Shown: one piece after another, positions 1 through 12,925 of the stretch
Position numbering within the stretch: position 1 is the stretch's first letter
Layout of the letters: each line of letters starts with the position of its first letter
NCBI GenBank assembly: GCA_951406725.2
Contig: OX597830.1
Span: forward strand, 79,732,001 to 79,796,000
Source of the DNA: Octopus vulgaris
Taxonomy: Eukaryota
Length of the DNA stretch: 64,000 bases
Direction of reading: 5' to 3'
Position numbers and translations under genes: made by a program
Notes under the pieces: generated by a model
Told to the model about the DNA's origin: nothing
The model's database searches: none
Seen by the model: the letters and a program-made list of their open reading frames with translations, nothing else

Positions 1-699
1 GTATGTATGTATGTATGTATGTAAATTATTTTGACATTTTGAAAAAGAACGTCTGAATCATATTTTGTTTAAATGTAGGAATACAAACATATAAAATGAA
101 TTTCGAAAATGTTCAAAAGTGAAGATTTTGTGGTGTAGTTGGATGAAAAGTTAATAAAAACAATATTGTTTTTAAAATATCGGAATAGTGTCGAAACTAC
201 AGGGAGAAACTATAAATTATAGATTTTTAAAAGGAATTGATTAACATTCCTAAGAGTTCACAGATAACGAAGCATGTGTTACATCATTTCTGCAAAAGTT
301 CGAAAGCATTTGATCAGGGATCAGAAAATTAGCCAAAGGTTTGAGGATAAACAAAATAATCATAAAACAGATACATACGATTGCTAAATTTCAAGTCACT
401 TCATCAAAGCCAAACTGTTCAATTCAGTTTCTTTAAGTAGAATGATGCGGTCTTAACCTCACACCCACACATTCAATAGTGAAGCGCATTGAAGTATAAC
501 AGAGATCATACTGATTATAAAGAAAAACGGTAACCTTAAACCGAAAGTCAAATCTATTTATCAGGAGGCCGTGACAGCTGCAATTTGCCACTCCTATATA
601 AGATCATACAATGCATTCTAATGGTGACAAAACTTAAGAATACACTAACATGACAGGTCAAATGACAAAATTTGTATACTTACGTAATCCAATATACAT

Positions 700-950
700 T
701 CATGTAGACATCCATCCGTACATCCATCCATTCATCCGTTCATATATACATACATACATATATACATACATACACACATACATACATATATACATGCATA
801 CACACATACATAAACACATGCTTATATACATAGATACATAAATTTATGGATACATATGCATATATAAATACATGAATGCATACGTATATATATATATACG
901 TACATGCTTATATACATACATACATGCATACATACAGACATACATGCATA
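700..950. repeat. (TACA)n/(CATA)n-rich compound microsatellite
   Basis: Direct reading; source of the spurious YIHT/MYVC ORFs. Many similar tracts occur through the window. Confidence 0.9.
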
Positions 951-1900
951 ATCTTTTAACCACCAAATGTCTAAGTGCATCTCTTGACCAGGTTTGCATA
1001 TATGAGGCTAAGATCATAAGACTTGGAAAACGGCTCCTTGAGCAGCATTTCTTGTCTGATAAGCTTAAATACATATCAAAAAAGCCGCACGACTCTACCA
1101 CGGTATGTCATCAGATGAAAAGATGAGCGCATATCAGCAGAAGCCCATGCATGTATATGTGAGTAGGAAGCACCGAGATAATAGTAACATTTGTCACTAA
1201 AGCTGTCTATTATAGACCAGCAACCAGATTCCTACTTCCCACCTTCACTTGAAGGGTATGCGGTTGCAATCCAGGGATATGAAATATCAAACAAATATAC
1301 GATGCACAAAAGAAGAGAGATACATGAAAAGCAGTAATATATGAAAACCTATGCAGTTGTTCGAAAATGTCATCACAGTATTAGCTACCGATGAGATATG
1401 ATGTAGTAGCTAGGACATTGTATATAACGAGTTCCGTCGGAAGCATAAACCCGAGAACAAAGAAGAACCCACGGTATGGTAGACTCCATATCCATTTATA
1501 ATAAAAAGGAGTACTGGTGAAATGCTCCACTGGAAACCTCAATAAATTATAAACCTATTATACGTGGTATAATCATTTGGGATAGAGAAGAGAGACTGTG
1601 TATAGTTGTGGAAGTCAACTCCCCTGCAGATGTTAACATAAAGCCGAAGAGAAGCGAAAGAGAAAATACGCTGAAAAATAAAATACCTACGCAAAATCTG
1701 CAGTTACTCTAATCAGATTACAAGTTCGTGTTTATACCTGTAATTATTAGGGCACTAGTATATGTAACACAATGCGTAAATACCAGTCTTGAGTAATTGG
1801 ACTTCTCAAACTCAGAAAGAAGAAAGCTAATTCGAAGACTACAGATCCAAGCAATCAATGGAACTCTAAATATCTTATAAAATTTTCCAGAGGCTTATAG
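950..1900 (+). mobile_element. Decayed R4/Dong-like (RLE-type) non-LTR retrotransposon, 3' part
   Basis: Frame fragment EGYAVAIQGYEISNKY (~1251) resembles the EG..AxQ.Q motif also seen as EGFLIAAQDQ in the 510-aa ORF at 46298-47830; many stops and frameshifts. Confidence 0.6.
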
Positions 1901-2063
1901 TTTAAGTATATATGAGTATGTCTAGATATGCAAGTATATGCATTGGAATACATACATAAAACAAAAAATATCTTATAAAATTTTCCAGAGGCTTATCATT
2001 TAAGTATATATGAGTATGTCTAGATATGCAAGTATAAGCATTGGAATACATACATAAAACAAA
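1870..2063. repeat. Two-copy ~98-bp tandem duplication
   Basis: tatcttataaaattttccagaggcttat...catacataaaacaaa occurs twice back to back with few mismatches. Confidence 0.9.
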
Positions 2064-2479
2064 GCATAAAAATTTGCACATACACAAATATTTGATTTAT
2101 ATTTTTGAAATTCAAATGAAGAAGAATTGGTTCTGGGTTAGAATCCGGCTCCTCTATTGTCACGAAAGCTTGAAATAAAACTGAATAAAACTGAATACTG
2201 GCGAACATACATAAATGCTTACATACATACATAAATAGATATATATGCATACACACATGCATACATACATACATACATACATACATACATACATACATAC
2301 ATACATACACAAAAGACACAAATCTGTACGTATACATATATACATACACACAAAAATATCCTGTTGTTGATGCTAAAATTACAATGAAAGAGCCTTGGAT
2401 TTTTGTTAGGAAACCGGCCCTTTCTCTTTTGGCAAGAAATCTTGAAATAAAACTGAATAAAAACATACGTACATTCTCA

Positions 2480-2965
2480 AAGGCTACAGAGCTGCAGTTT
2501 GGCCAGAATAAATGTTGCTACATGATTGTGAAATGAGGGATGCTGTAAGCAAGACTAGCAAAATTTCCAACACTGACTTAACTGTTTCCTCTATATCTGA
2601 TGAGGGATGTTACAGGCACCAAGGGGTGGAAGAGAACATATCATATAATGACACATGTAACAACAAATCATGTGTCATTAAAGAATGTTATAGTCGAATA
2701 AAAAACATTTGGACCCAGAACTCTGCATTCAGAAAAAAAAAACAGTGACTCAAAATGTATTTGCTGTGCCAATACTCATACCAACATTTAGGCTGGTTGG
2801 ACGCTCGATGAGATCCGAACTATTGATGTGAAAACCCCAAACATGCTAACCAGCAGACACAAGTTCCACACCAACAGTGACGTACAACGCCAATACCTAA
2901 AACGAAAACAAGGCAGCAGAGGTTTAATATCAATCCAGACTGCCTTTCAATGTCGTATCCCTTCG
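2480..2965 (+). mobile_element. Decayed R4/Dong-like reverse transcriptase C-terminal fragment
   Basis: Remnants IKECYSRIKNIW, NVFAVPILIPTF and a later RGL motif parallel the IKKEYYRRVRSLL, INTLAVPVISYS and GGRGL blocks of the 46298-47830 ORF. Confidence 0.6.
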
Positions 2966-3256
2966 GCAACATTATTTAAGTGCCAAGTGTCGACGTGCAT
3001 CCTCTGAGTCATCAAAGGAGTACTTTGGTGATATTTTTGAGCAGCTGCTAATCTTACGAACGAAATGTTGCGCAGAAACACGGCATAATAAACAATTTCT
3101 TGCAGCTTCAAGAGATCACTATCTCTTTTGTTTGTTAGGTATTTTATTGCAACTTCATTTTCTTGGATTGCAAACGCATTGTCGTTGTATTGTGATGTGT
3201 TGTAGTGGTCAAGATTGCAACAGATGTTTCATGTCCATAGGATTATCTTCCTTCAG

Positions 3257-3370
3257 ACGGCGAGCTGGCAGAATCGTTAGCACTTCGAGCAAAATACTTA
3301 ACGGTATTTCGTCCGTGTCTACGCTCTGAGTAGAAAATCCTCTGATGTCGACTTTACCTTTCATGGCTTC
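3257..3370 (+). mobile_element. SINE 5' fragment (family also at 61213-61580)
   Basis: ggcgagctggcagaatcgttagcac...gtcgactttacctttcat is clearly similar to 61365-61470. Confidence 0.7.
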
Positions 3371-4277
3371 ATAAAATAAATACCAGTTTATAATGTTTTT
3401 TTATTAAGTCTAGCTGGGGTTTTTTCGTTGTTTTTATTAGAGATACCCCCCAATCCAGACAATACGAACACTCTCACTACAAATCCCTATAATTAAAATA
3501 CCGTTAATTATCTTTCTCTCTGCTGCTCATCTCAGTCATCCTCGACAAGATCGACAGCGATAAAATGTGCTTTTGGACCACATCTTAATAATGTGCTTAT
3601 GAGTGTGTGTGTGTGTGTATGCTTGTATGCATGTATGTGGTTATGAGTGCATATATTTATGTATGGATGTAAATATTTGTCTGTATGCATGTACGTATTT
3701 CTTTTTCTCTTTTAAATTAGAGTAATTTAGGCCTGAGCAACTACATTTTTTTCTTTATTGCCCTTGTGGCTAAACAAGGACTGGCAAAGGGATAGAGTTG
3801 ATTACATCAACCCCAGTGCGTAACTGGTACTTATTTAATCGACTTATTCCTCCTTCAAGTGTTTTATGCTATCCTCCGTCCTCGACCTGACCTTCCATCC
3901 CTGATAGGGATATTGCTACGAGTTTAATGCTCCTTCAAAATCAAGGAGTGATTGCAAACCAATGAACTACTGATGATTATATTGTAGCTGTACTTGCTGC
4001 ATTATTGTTCAAGCGTTTGTTAATTAACAGAAATGTCACTGGAGAGTCAAGTTTCCGGAAAACTGTATTTGTGCATTGCGTCTCTAGCAGTTTTATTCTG
4101 CAAATTATGCTTGCTGTAATTTTTAATTGATACTTTTTCTACCCTAATTTGAATTATGCTAGTCTTGAGTAATTGCGATGTAACCAAAGAACACATTGTA
4201 ATTTAAACTTCTCCAGGAATACTAATTTAAGCAAAAGGATAGATAAAAGCAAAAGTTTGCAAGTCATTGCACTCCTC

Positions 4278-4333
<56 letters not shown>

Positions 4334-5361
4334 AATAAGAGTAAACAATAGCTTTAATGGTTTTTAAAAAAAACAACAATTATTTACCGGAAGATTTCGG
4401 CATGTAAATATAACCATTAACGGTGGAAACTTCTATAAAAGTTCAATATATATTTTGTATATAAATGAAAAAAGGCAGGCAACATGTTGCTCAGCCACAT
4501 ACCGAAAAAATTAGAAATAGAAGTCAAAGACTGTTTATTTCTATTTTCTACAAATAAGACTCCACATACTACATTTTTTTTACACACAATTTTTTGTACA
4601 TGATGAAGGGTTTGCCAATTGTTGATGTAGCTCCCCAAAAATATATTTGAGCTTCATGTTACCCATATATTCATTAGTGAAATATTTCAGTATGTTGGGA
4701 CTGATAAAGTAGCATGAAGTATCATGAAAGCCCAACTTCTCTGTGCCTTCTGCGTGCTGAAAGCAGCCCTCTAAAATGGCATGGCAATGCTTCTCAATAT
4801 TTGTAATACTGCCACCTGGCGTGTGTGTTTGTGTGTGTGGTTGGCGCATCTGTACAATGCCCTCGTGTTTGGCACCGATTTTGGAATACTGTTAAATAGA
4901 TAATTCAAGTATTTTAAATGTAATATGCGAATAAATTGGTTCTTGTCACAATTCACAACATCGAAACACACACACACACACACACACACACAATAATTTG
5001 TATCATAAACCGTGAATCCTCGAAATTTTTCTGAACATATCGCTTTTCCATTTGTAAATTATTTTCAAATTTTAATAAAGAACGTATGTATCATACTGTC
5101 CTGTTTTAAACATTGAAACGAAAATATATAAAAGGAATTTCGAAAAAACTTCAAAAGTAAAGACATTGTTGGGGTTGGGTTAGCAAATTAATAAAACTAT
5201 ATTTCCGTGGTTTCTTAATCAGTCTTTTGCAATTAATATCGGAATAGACTATCAAAAACTACCCAGAAAAACAATTAGTTATAGATTTTTAAATGGAATT
5301 CTTTGATTAAAACACCAGCAAGTAGGAGTTACTTTATTTCTGCAAAAATATGGGGAATGAT

Positions 5362-5635
5362 TACGGAGATGTACTTGCATAGCGAACGACTTGATCTGAG
5401 ATCGTGTGCTGGAACGAAAACAATTGCAGCGTGGAAGTTGTTTATAAACCATTTACGAAACACACAAAACCGTTAGATTCACTTCAACATTTAAATTTAA
5501 TTTGTCAAAATATTTTCATCGCTTTGAGACCGCGACCTGTTCACTGACAAAGCTTCGTTGCTAAAGCGACGAAAATATTTTGACAAATTAAATATAAATG
5601 TTGAAGTGAATCTAACGGTTTTGTGTGTTTCTTAA
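5362..5635 (-). mobile_element. Short Penelope-like (pLTR-type) insertion with inverted partial copy and 12-bp target-site duplication
   Basis: ATGGGGAATGAT at 5350-5361 and 5636-5647; 77-bp inverted arms 5449-5525 and 5563-5639; homologous copies in opposite orientation at ~62071-62258 and ~63621-63808. PLE assignment is inferred from architecture. Confidence 0.65.
5501..5551 (-). ncRNA. Minimal type I hammerhead ribozyme fold with swapped G3-C8 core
   Basis: Minus strand reads TTTGTCA GTGAACA G GTCGC ggtctcaaa GCGAT GAA AATATT T TGACAAA: 7-bp stem I, core GUGAACA, 5-bp stem II, GAAA, palindromic stem III. Confidence 0.65.
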
Positions 5636-5960
5636 ATGGGGAATGATCACGATTTAAAAACCTTTGATAAGGGATCAGAGCGATCAGTTACAGCTTGACG
5701 ATAAACAACAAAGTCATTAAATATGATAAAACAGATTCCACTGCCAACATTTGAAGCAGTCTTTCTAGATTACATGTGAGAGACGCAACACATTCTCACA
5801 TTTATAAACTCAAACAGAATATCTTCTCAATAACAATCAGTCAACATAATATTGCAACATAAATTCGACAAATAAAGTACACGAAACGCATTGAAGTGTG
5901 ACGTAGCCCATACTAAATGAGTAAATTCGGTAAAATGGGCTTTTGTATACATATATGCAC

Positions 5961-6046
<86 letters not shown>

Positions 6047-6068
6047 GTATATATAGACAGATAGATAT

Positions 6069-6115
<47 letters not shown>

Positions 6116-6199
6116 TGAAAACATACACATACGTGCACAAATGTACATACAAATATATTTGTTTATAGCTATCCGTCAATGTTAACGACGACATTGTCC

Positions 6200-9100
6200 T
6201 CTAGGAGTCTTATCCTACATTTTGTGAGTTGATCGATGTGAAAACAATTTGATCATGTATTGGCATGTCCTTGAACGCAGATGACAAGGGAAGCTGCTCA
6301 TTATGTTGATGGGGAGTCTGAAATGACGTTGAAGTCTCTTTTCCTCAAGTCTCTCACGTCGGATTAGTACAAAGTGTGAAGCTCCTTCGTCGCTGAGGGA
6401 ACGCCAGATTTGCCGGTTGTGAGCAAAGTATTCAAGTTGTGCCGGTTGAATGTTGCGGGAGTTAAGGACAAGCTAAAGATGATCCCGGAATCTCATTTTC
6501 GGAGGCGTCCAAAGGAGGAGGAGGTGATCCGTCGTAGAACGTCATCGACGATATGTCCATTTTGTGATATGTCCATTTTACCTAGGTGGTTAAAAGAGTC
6601 AACATTTGACAGAAGCGTGTCGTTTATATATAGTTATGTTGCTGGATGTGTTTTTTTTTTATTAAATACGTTTGAATGATCTCGTTGTGTTTTTTATGTT
6701 GATGTTAAGACCCAGACGAATATAGGTTTCATCCATGGCACTTAAGAATCGCTGGAGTGAGGCTGTTTCCTGAGCAGTGGCAGCGGTAACATTTGCATAC
6801 CGGAGCTCAAATATCTGTTGATGCTAGAGAATTCGCTTTGAGCCGGTGGGTCTTGAAAATACTGCCATCATAGCGATAACGGGTTCTTATGCTATCGTCG
6901 GTACTCTGTTGGACCTAGGAGAGGAGAGTTACAGCTATGTAGATGCTGAACAAAACAGGAATGAGAACGCAACCCTGTTTGACTCCTGGTTTAACTCTAA
7001 ATTGTTCTGAAGACGCTCCACCAAGACAGACTCTGGCTAGCATTCCGTTGTGGAATTTGCGGATGAAAGTTAAAGCAGTTGGAGGATAGCCACCCTTTCC
7101 ATAAAATGTCACAATCAACGGTGTCAAACGCATTCGTCATATCGAAGAAACCAAAATTCATTTTTGTTGTTCTCTGCATTTTTCGAGAAGTAAGCGTGCA
7201 CCAAATATCAAATCAATTGTGCTCATATAAACCACATTGAGATTCAGGGATGGTGCGGTCCGACACGAAGATAAGAAGATGGCGGAGAATAATGCGTGCA
7301 AGAATGTTGCAAGACACATCCAGAGGCTTCTGCTGTCACTGCAGTCGGATCGATTGCCTTTTCTTTTGTAAATGCAAATAATGATTGGTATTAATTTTTG
7401 TTTGTTTGTTTTTCCAACAGAGAACTAGGAAAGGGTGAAGATATGATGCAAGTTGCGGTCCGCCGTATTTCCAAACCTCTCCAGGGATACAGTCTTCGTC
7501 AGGAGACTTCTTATTCTTTTGGGAGTGCAGTACCTTCTAGACTTCGTCTTGACTGAGTTCAGCTGCTATTTCTTCGATGATTTGAAGTTTTGGAAGCTCA
7601 TCTAAAATCGACGTATCTGTCCATCGTTAAGGTTCTTATTGTTTTCTTTAATTAGAGTAGAGCCGTCAGCGATACAGATAGGTGCAATCAGGCAATGCGA
7701 AGGACCGAAGTTGTCTTTGAACGGGTCCGAGAGTTCATAGTTTTCTTTTCTTCAGCGAATTGTTGGATCTTTTCGGAGTTGCGGAGCCACCAACCATTCT
7801 GTGGGGCCTCAGCCCTAAGGTTATGCTAGTTTGGGACTAAGAAATGAAGATTTGCGAGGTGGGCGTTATGAGCACGGTTTTTCGCCTGCAAAAGTGGTTG
7901 GATAATGTCTGCATTATCCAACCCCTTGAGTTCTTCATGTGGGATTTTCCAATAGTGGGTTCAGAGTGGGTGTGTCGAATGATGGAGAGCGCAGAGTTCC
8001 AGAGTAAGTTGAGTTCATTCTGATTCTGTTCGACCTCGATTCCTTCCCTATGTTATTTTCCATATTGCGAGGGAGTTCTTGTAGAACTGGAAGAACTAGA
8101 ACAACTGGGCAGACAGTAGCGACGTTTTTTTTGTTTTTGGAGCTCAGTGTGTTTTGTTTTGGAAACACTTTTGCTTTTTCTGGCCGGAGGGCGGATTTGA
8201 AGACATAGGTGCGCGCATCGTATGGGGATCGGCCTAACATTCTGCACCGCGCTTGTATTTGATGTAGAAGGCATCGTTCTGATCATTTTGACGAACACTC
8301 ACGTAATTCAGGAGATGCCATATCTTGGAGCGAAGGTGTATCCTCCTCCAAGCTGAGTGTAGAGACTGGTAGAAGGCGTCTTTAGTTTCTTCATTAATGC
8401 CTAACGTCGGGGAATATACACTGAAGATAGTGGCATGTACTTTGTTACTGAGGAGAATTCGAAAGGTCATCTGCCGTTCAATTTTATCGGTTGAAATCGA
8501 AGAGATGTTCTCCAGTAAAGACCAACGGACAGCAAATCCTGCACTATGAATTCTATTTTTGATTTGAAAAAGTCCTTTCCAGAAGTATATGTATCTTTCA
8601 TCAACTTCAGTGAGAGATCCGTCATCAGAGAATTTTGTTATGCTGAATGCATATCCACATTGCACCCTTTCAGTTAAAAGGCGATGAGCGCGGTCCTAAG
8701 GTTGGGTCGATCGTGGTCATCACGGTCAATCAAAGTTCGTATATTCCATGTAGCAAAAAATGAGAGATTGTGATGGTTTTCTTATTAATCTTCGACCGCA
8801 GTATGGAGATGGCTTGCCAGGTGCGGTATTCTAGCTAGGTAAAAGGTCTGACATCTTTTAGACTACATTTCCTAAGCCTCTCCTCAACTGAGGCGCTGAG
8901 AGTCTACAAAAGATCCTCCTGGTCACACAGATAGGACAAAAATCGGTGTGAAGTCCCAGAGTCACATCGAGACCACCGTCTTGCCTGCACCACCAAGAAG
9001 GTGGGATAAGAGGTGTGAGAACAAAGCTTACGCACGGAGTTGTATAGGGTGATGGGACGGGCAGTTAGTCCCATTCGCATGCACCTGACTCTTGTTCAGC

Positions 9101-9530
9101 AGTACTTCGGTGACAAGAGAAATGTCCAAGACGACCAAAAGCTGTCAAGAAATTGCAGCTAGTTGCCGGAATCCAGGTTGCTACTCACTTGGGCAAGGTT
9201 TTAGGTTGGAGTTTCCATCTCGTAGAAAGATTGCCTCACAAGGCTAATGAGCTCCATCTGCTCGCGAACAGAGCTATTTCTGAATGCTCTTTCACCATCT
9301 CAAAGAAAGGATATCTACGCCCACATTCACCGAAACACAGTTGACCTTCAGTCGTAACCCTTACCATGAAGAAGCGTTATACTCCGTAATACAGGGCCCT
9401 TGCCTGAACTTGGCTGCTACTTTCACAGTACCTGCACCGCGACATGGAAGCGCTAGGCAAGAATTACCGCCGTATAAATTAGGGAAGATGACCCGAACTA
9501 CCATCAACAAGGACCTTAGCTATCAGTAGC
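6200..9530 (-). mobile_element. Decayed RTE-clade LINE (5' UTR, APE endonuclease, reverse transcriptase), 3'-truncated
   Basis: Motifs ATWNIRTL, DGSLTEV..YIYFWKG, SVYSPT..EETKDAFY, FFDMTNAFDTVD, GVKQGCVLIPVLFSIY; multiple frameshifts. The 5' boundary is uncertain. Confidence 0.8.
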
Positions 9531-9671
9531 CAGGTCTCCATCGGAAGCCGGGAATCATAAATACGTACAAATATAAAGCATAAAATATGCTTTATATATG
9601 TATAAAGATAAAAATAGAAAGCAACAGGATGCAATAGAATGTAGTAGAATAAGAATGAAAAAAATACACAT

Positions 9672-9875
9672 TCTTTTATTCTTTTACTTGTTTCAGTCAT
9701 TTAACTGCGGCCATACTGGTGCACCGCCTTTAGTCGAACAAATCGAACCCAGGAATTATTCTTTGAAAGCCTGGTGCTTATTCTATCAGTCTTTTTTCCC
9801 AAACCGGTAGATTACGGGGAAGTAAACGTACCAACATCGGTTGTCAAGCAATGGTGTGGGACAAACACACAAATA
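9672..9875 (-). mobile_element. 3' fragment of the tRNA-derived SINE family found in each array unit
   Basis: ttttacttgtttcagtcattt...ccgcctttagtcg...catcggttgtcaagc matches 11255-11440. Confidence 0.8.
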
Positions 9876-11241
9876 AGTACGTGTAGCTATATATATATAG
9901 TTCGTAGTCCACCACAACACGTGGGTATGTGGGTATTTGGTTAGAGTAGTATGGAAGTTACAAAACTGTCCCGAAGTGGATGGAATATATTCAAATATAT
10001 TAAAGGATAAAATCGTTAAAACCTTTCAGTGGCCAGCATATAAAACAGAAATTTTAGATAAATTCACATATATTTGATGCGAATGTATTTGTGGTATTTG
10101 CATGTAATCGCCACTTTGCCTTTGCTTCTCTGTGAGTATGCATACATGTCTCACTTATTTCGCTCAGTATGCTTTTCTAATAGAGGAAGCCTTATCAAAC
10201 TAATCCAGAAAACTTAGTTTTGCAAACGTTGTTTCATTTCGATTTCAAAATTTTTATTGAAATTCTCATAAATATTCGCCGATTCATACCCTGCCCTATT
10301 TTAAACATACCCCGATATTGCTGAGTACAAACGACTTGTATGAACGAGAAATGCAGCAACAAAACCACTAACACTACAGTTTAGGTTGAATCTATCTTCC
10401 TAGGTATACATATATACTTGCCGTGATCCCTATCTACCTATATACATACACACATGCATATGCATACATACATACATGCATACATACATACGTAGATACA
10501 TACATACATATTACATGCATTCATACATACATAAATACACACCTACATACATGCATGCATTAATGAATACACACATATGTACATAGATATAAAATGCATA
10601 TATATATACACTTATTTTGTGTGTGTTCGTCTTTGGGTGTCTAAACGACCCTCGATGTGGATGTATGTGTATATTTGTATAGATCTATCTTTTTCTCCCT
10701 CAAACAATATATATATACGTGTTACGATTTAGTCCTTTTGCAACATTGAAATAGTCCTTCCGGTACTTATGCCCTGAATGATCATACCCTACTATTATTC
10801 ATATATTCGGGTATATTTATATTTATTTTCCAACTGCTAATGCTCTCTGTCAATCAATTCACAGACTGACCATTTCCAAAGACACCCATCTTTATACCTG
10901 TCTTACATCCCTCTCCCTCTCTTCTGTACTTTCTTTCTCACCATCTTTCTTTCCTTTCTCTCCTCTATTGTTTTGAGGAGTATTTATTCTCCCTTTATCA
11001 TTTCACTTAAATATAATTTCAAACTATTTCCTTTACTTTTCACAGACTGACCATTTCCAAAGATAAACTTTTTATAGTCCTCTTCCTTCCTCCTTCCTCT
11101 TTCATGTGCTTTCTCCTTCTCACCACGCTTACTTTCTGTCTCTCGTGTATTTAATGTTTTGGCGAGTATTTATTTATTTATTTATTATTAGTGTCTTTAC
11201 TATTTCTCTTAACATGATTTTATTTTTAAATATTTTTCTCC

Positions 11242-11757
<516 letters not shown>

Positions 11758-11990
11758 ATTTTGTTTAATTTTTATTCAGTTTTCCACTTCAGTCCTTCTC
11801 ATCTTTCATTCTTTCTTTTTATAATTACAATATTGTCGTTTTCTCTCTCACATTTTTCTTTCTTTCTTCGTCTCCCTTTATCTTTCTCTGATCATATCTT
11901 TTTCATCCTTCCCCCTCTAAATTCTTATAAAATCTCGCGCCATCTGCCCAACTCAACACATTAGGCGTATATAACGTGATGCAGTAAGAT

Positions 11991-12086
11991 GTTCCCTGAT
12001 GATCCGTTGTTGTTAAGAATCCATTCCACTTGAAACATCCAATGCAGTGTCGCAAAGAACTAGAATAGTGAAACGTACGTTGGAAC
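11991..12086 (+). ncRNA. Type I hammerhead ribozyme-like motif with long degenerate stem II, unit 1
   Basis: GTTCC CTGATGA [~67 nt] GAA ACGTACGT T GGAAC: perfect 5-bp stem I, canonical core, palindromic stem III, GUU site. Confidence 0.55.
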
Positions 12087-12870
12087 GAACAATCTAGCCT
12101 TGAGTTTATCGGAATTTGTCATACATATATTTGCGTGTGTGTGTATGTTCGTGCAGGCGTAAATGTATTCGTAAATATTGACATACAGATTTAACATCGA
12201 TAATTATTGTTAAGATATTGCTCAAAAATACGTTTTATCGCTGTCGAGCCTGTTGAGGGTGAGAGAGATGAGTAACAGGAAAAGATAATTAACGGAATTA
12301 TAATTGCTGGAAGCTGTAGCGACACGGTATACAATGTTTTGATTAGCAGATATTTCTAATTAAGTGAAAGTCTCCGCCACATCATATCGCAATTCGAAGG
12401 CAAAGCAGTTGAAATCCAAAAACGAGAGATTGATAGGAAATAATTAATAAGCGAAAGATACAGTGAAGCCCTAGCAGTCTGAAAACATTTTAGGGGTTAC
12501 TGATTGCATGGGACATATTTTCAGTTAAACTTAGAAACTTTTCTTTACAACCTTGATAATATGTAGCTGCCTGGTCAATATTGAAAAGAGAAAGCAAATC
12601 TTTACATAGATATATACATACAAACATACACACATAAATACCTACGTACATATACATACATACGTACATATACATACATACGTACATATACATACATACG
12701 TACATACATACATAGATACATACATACATACATACATACATGTATGCATGCATGCATATATAATTATACTGCCCTGGTTGCTAGCTGTAAGGTGAAACAA
12801 GGAAGGATGTGTAGGATTACAGGGTTTGAGAGGTAAATATATCAATCAGACACACAAGTAGTCACATACT

Positions 12871-12925
<55 letters not shown>

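Noticed and set aside
2110-2180. TGAAGA...GAAAGCTT hammerhead-like spacing
   Set aside because: C3 is missing and there is no credible stem II.
4580-4849. 89-aa non-repetitive ORF as a possible exon
   Set aside because: No recognisable domain or splice evidence; it cannot be supported without RNA data.
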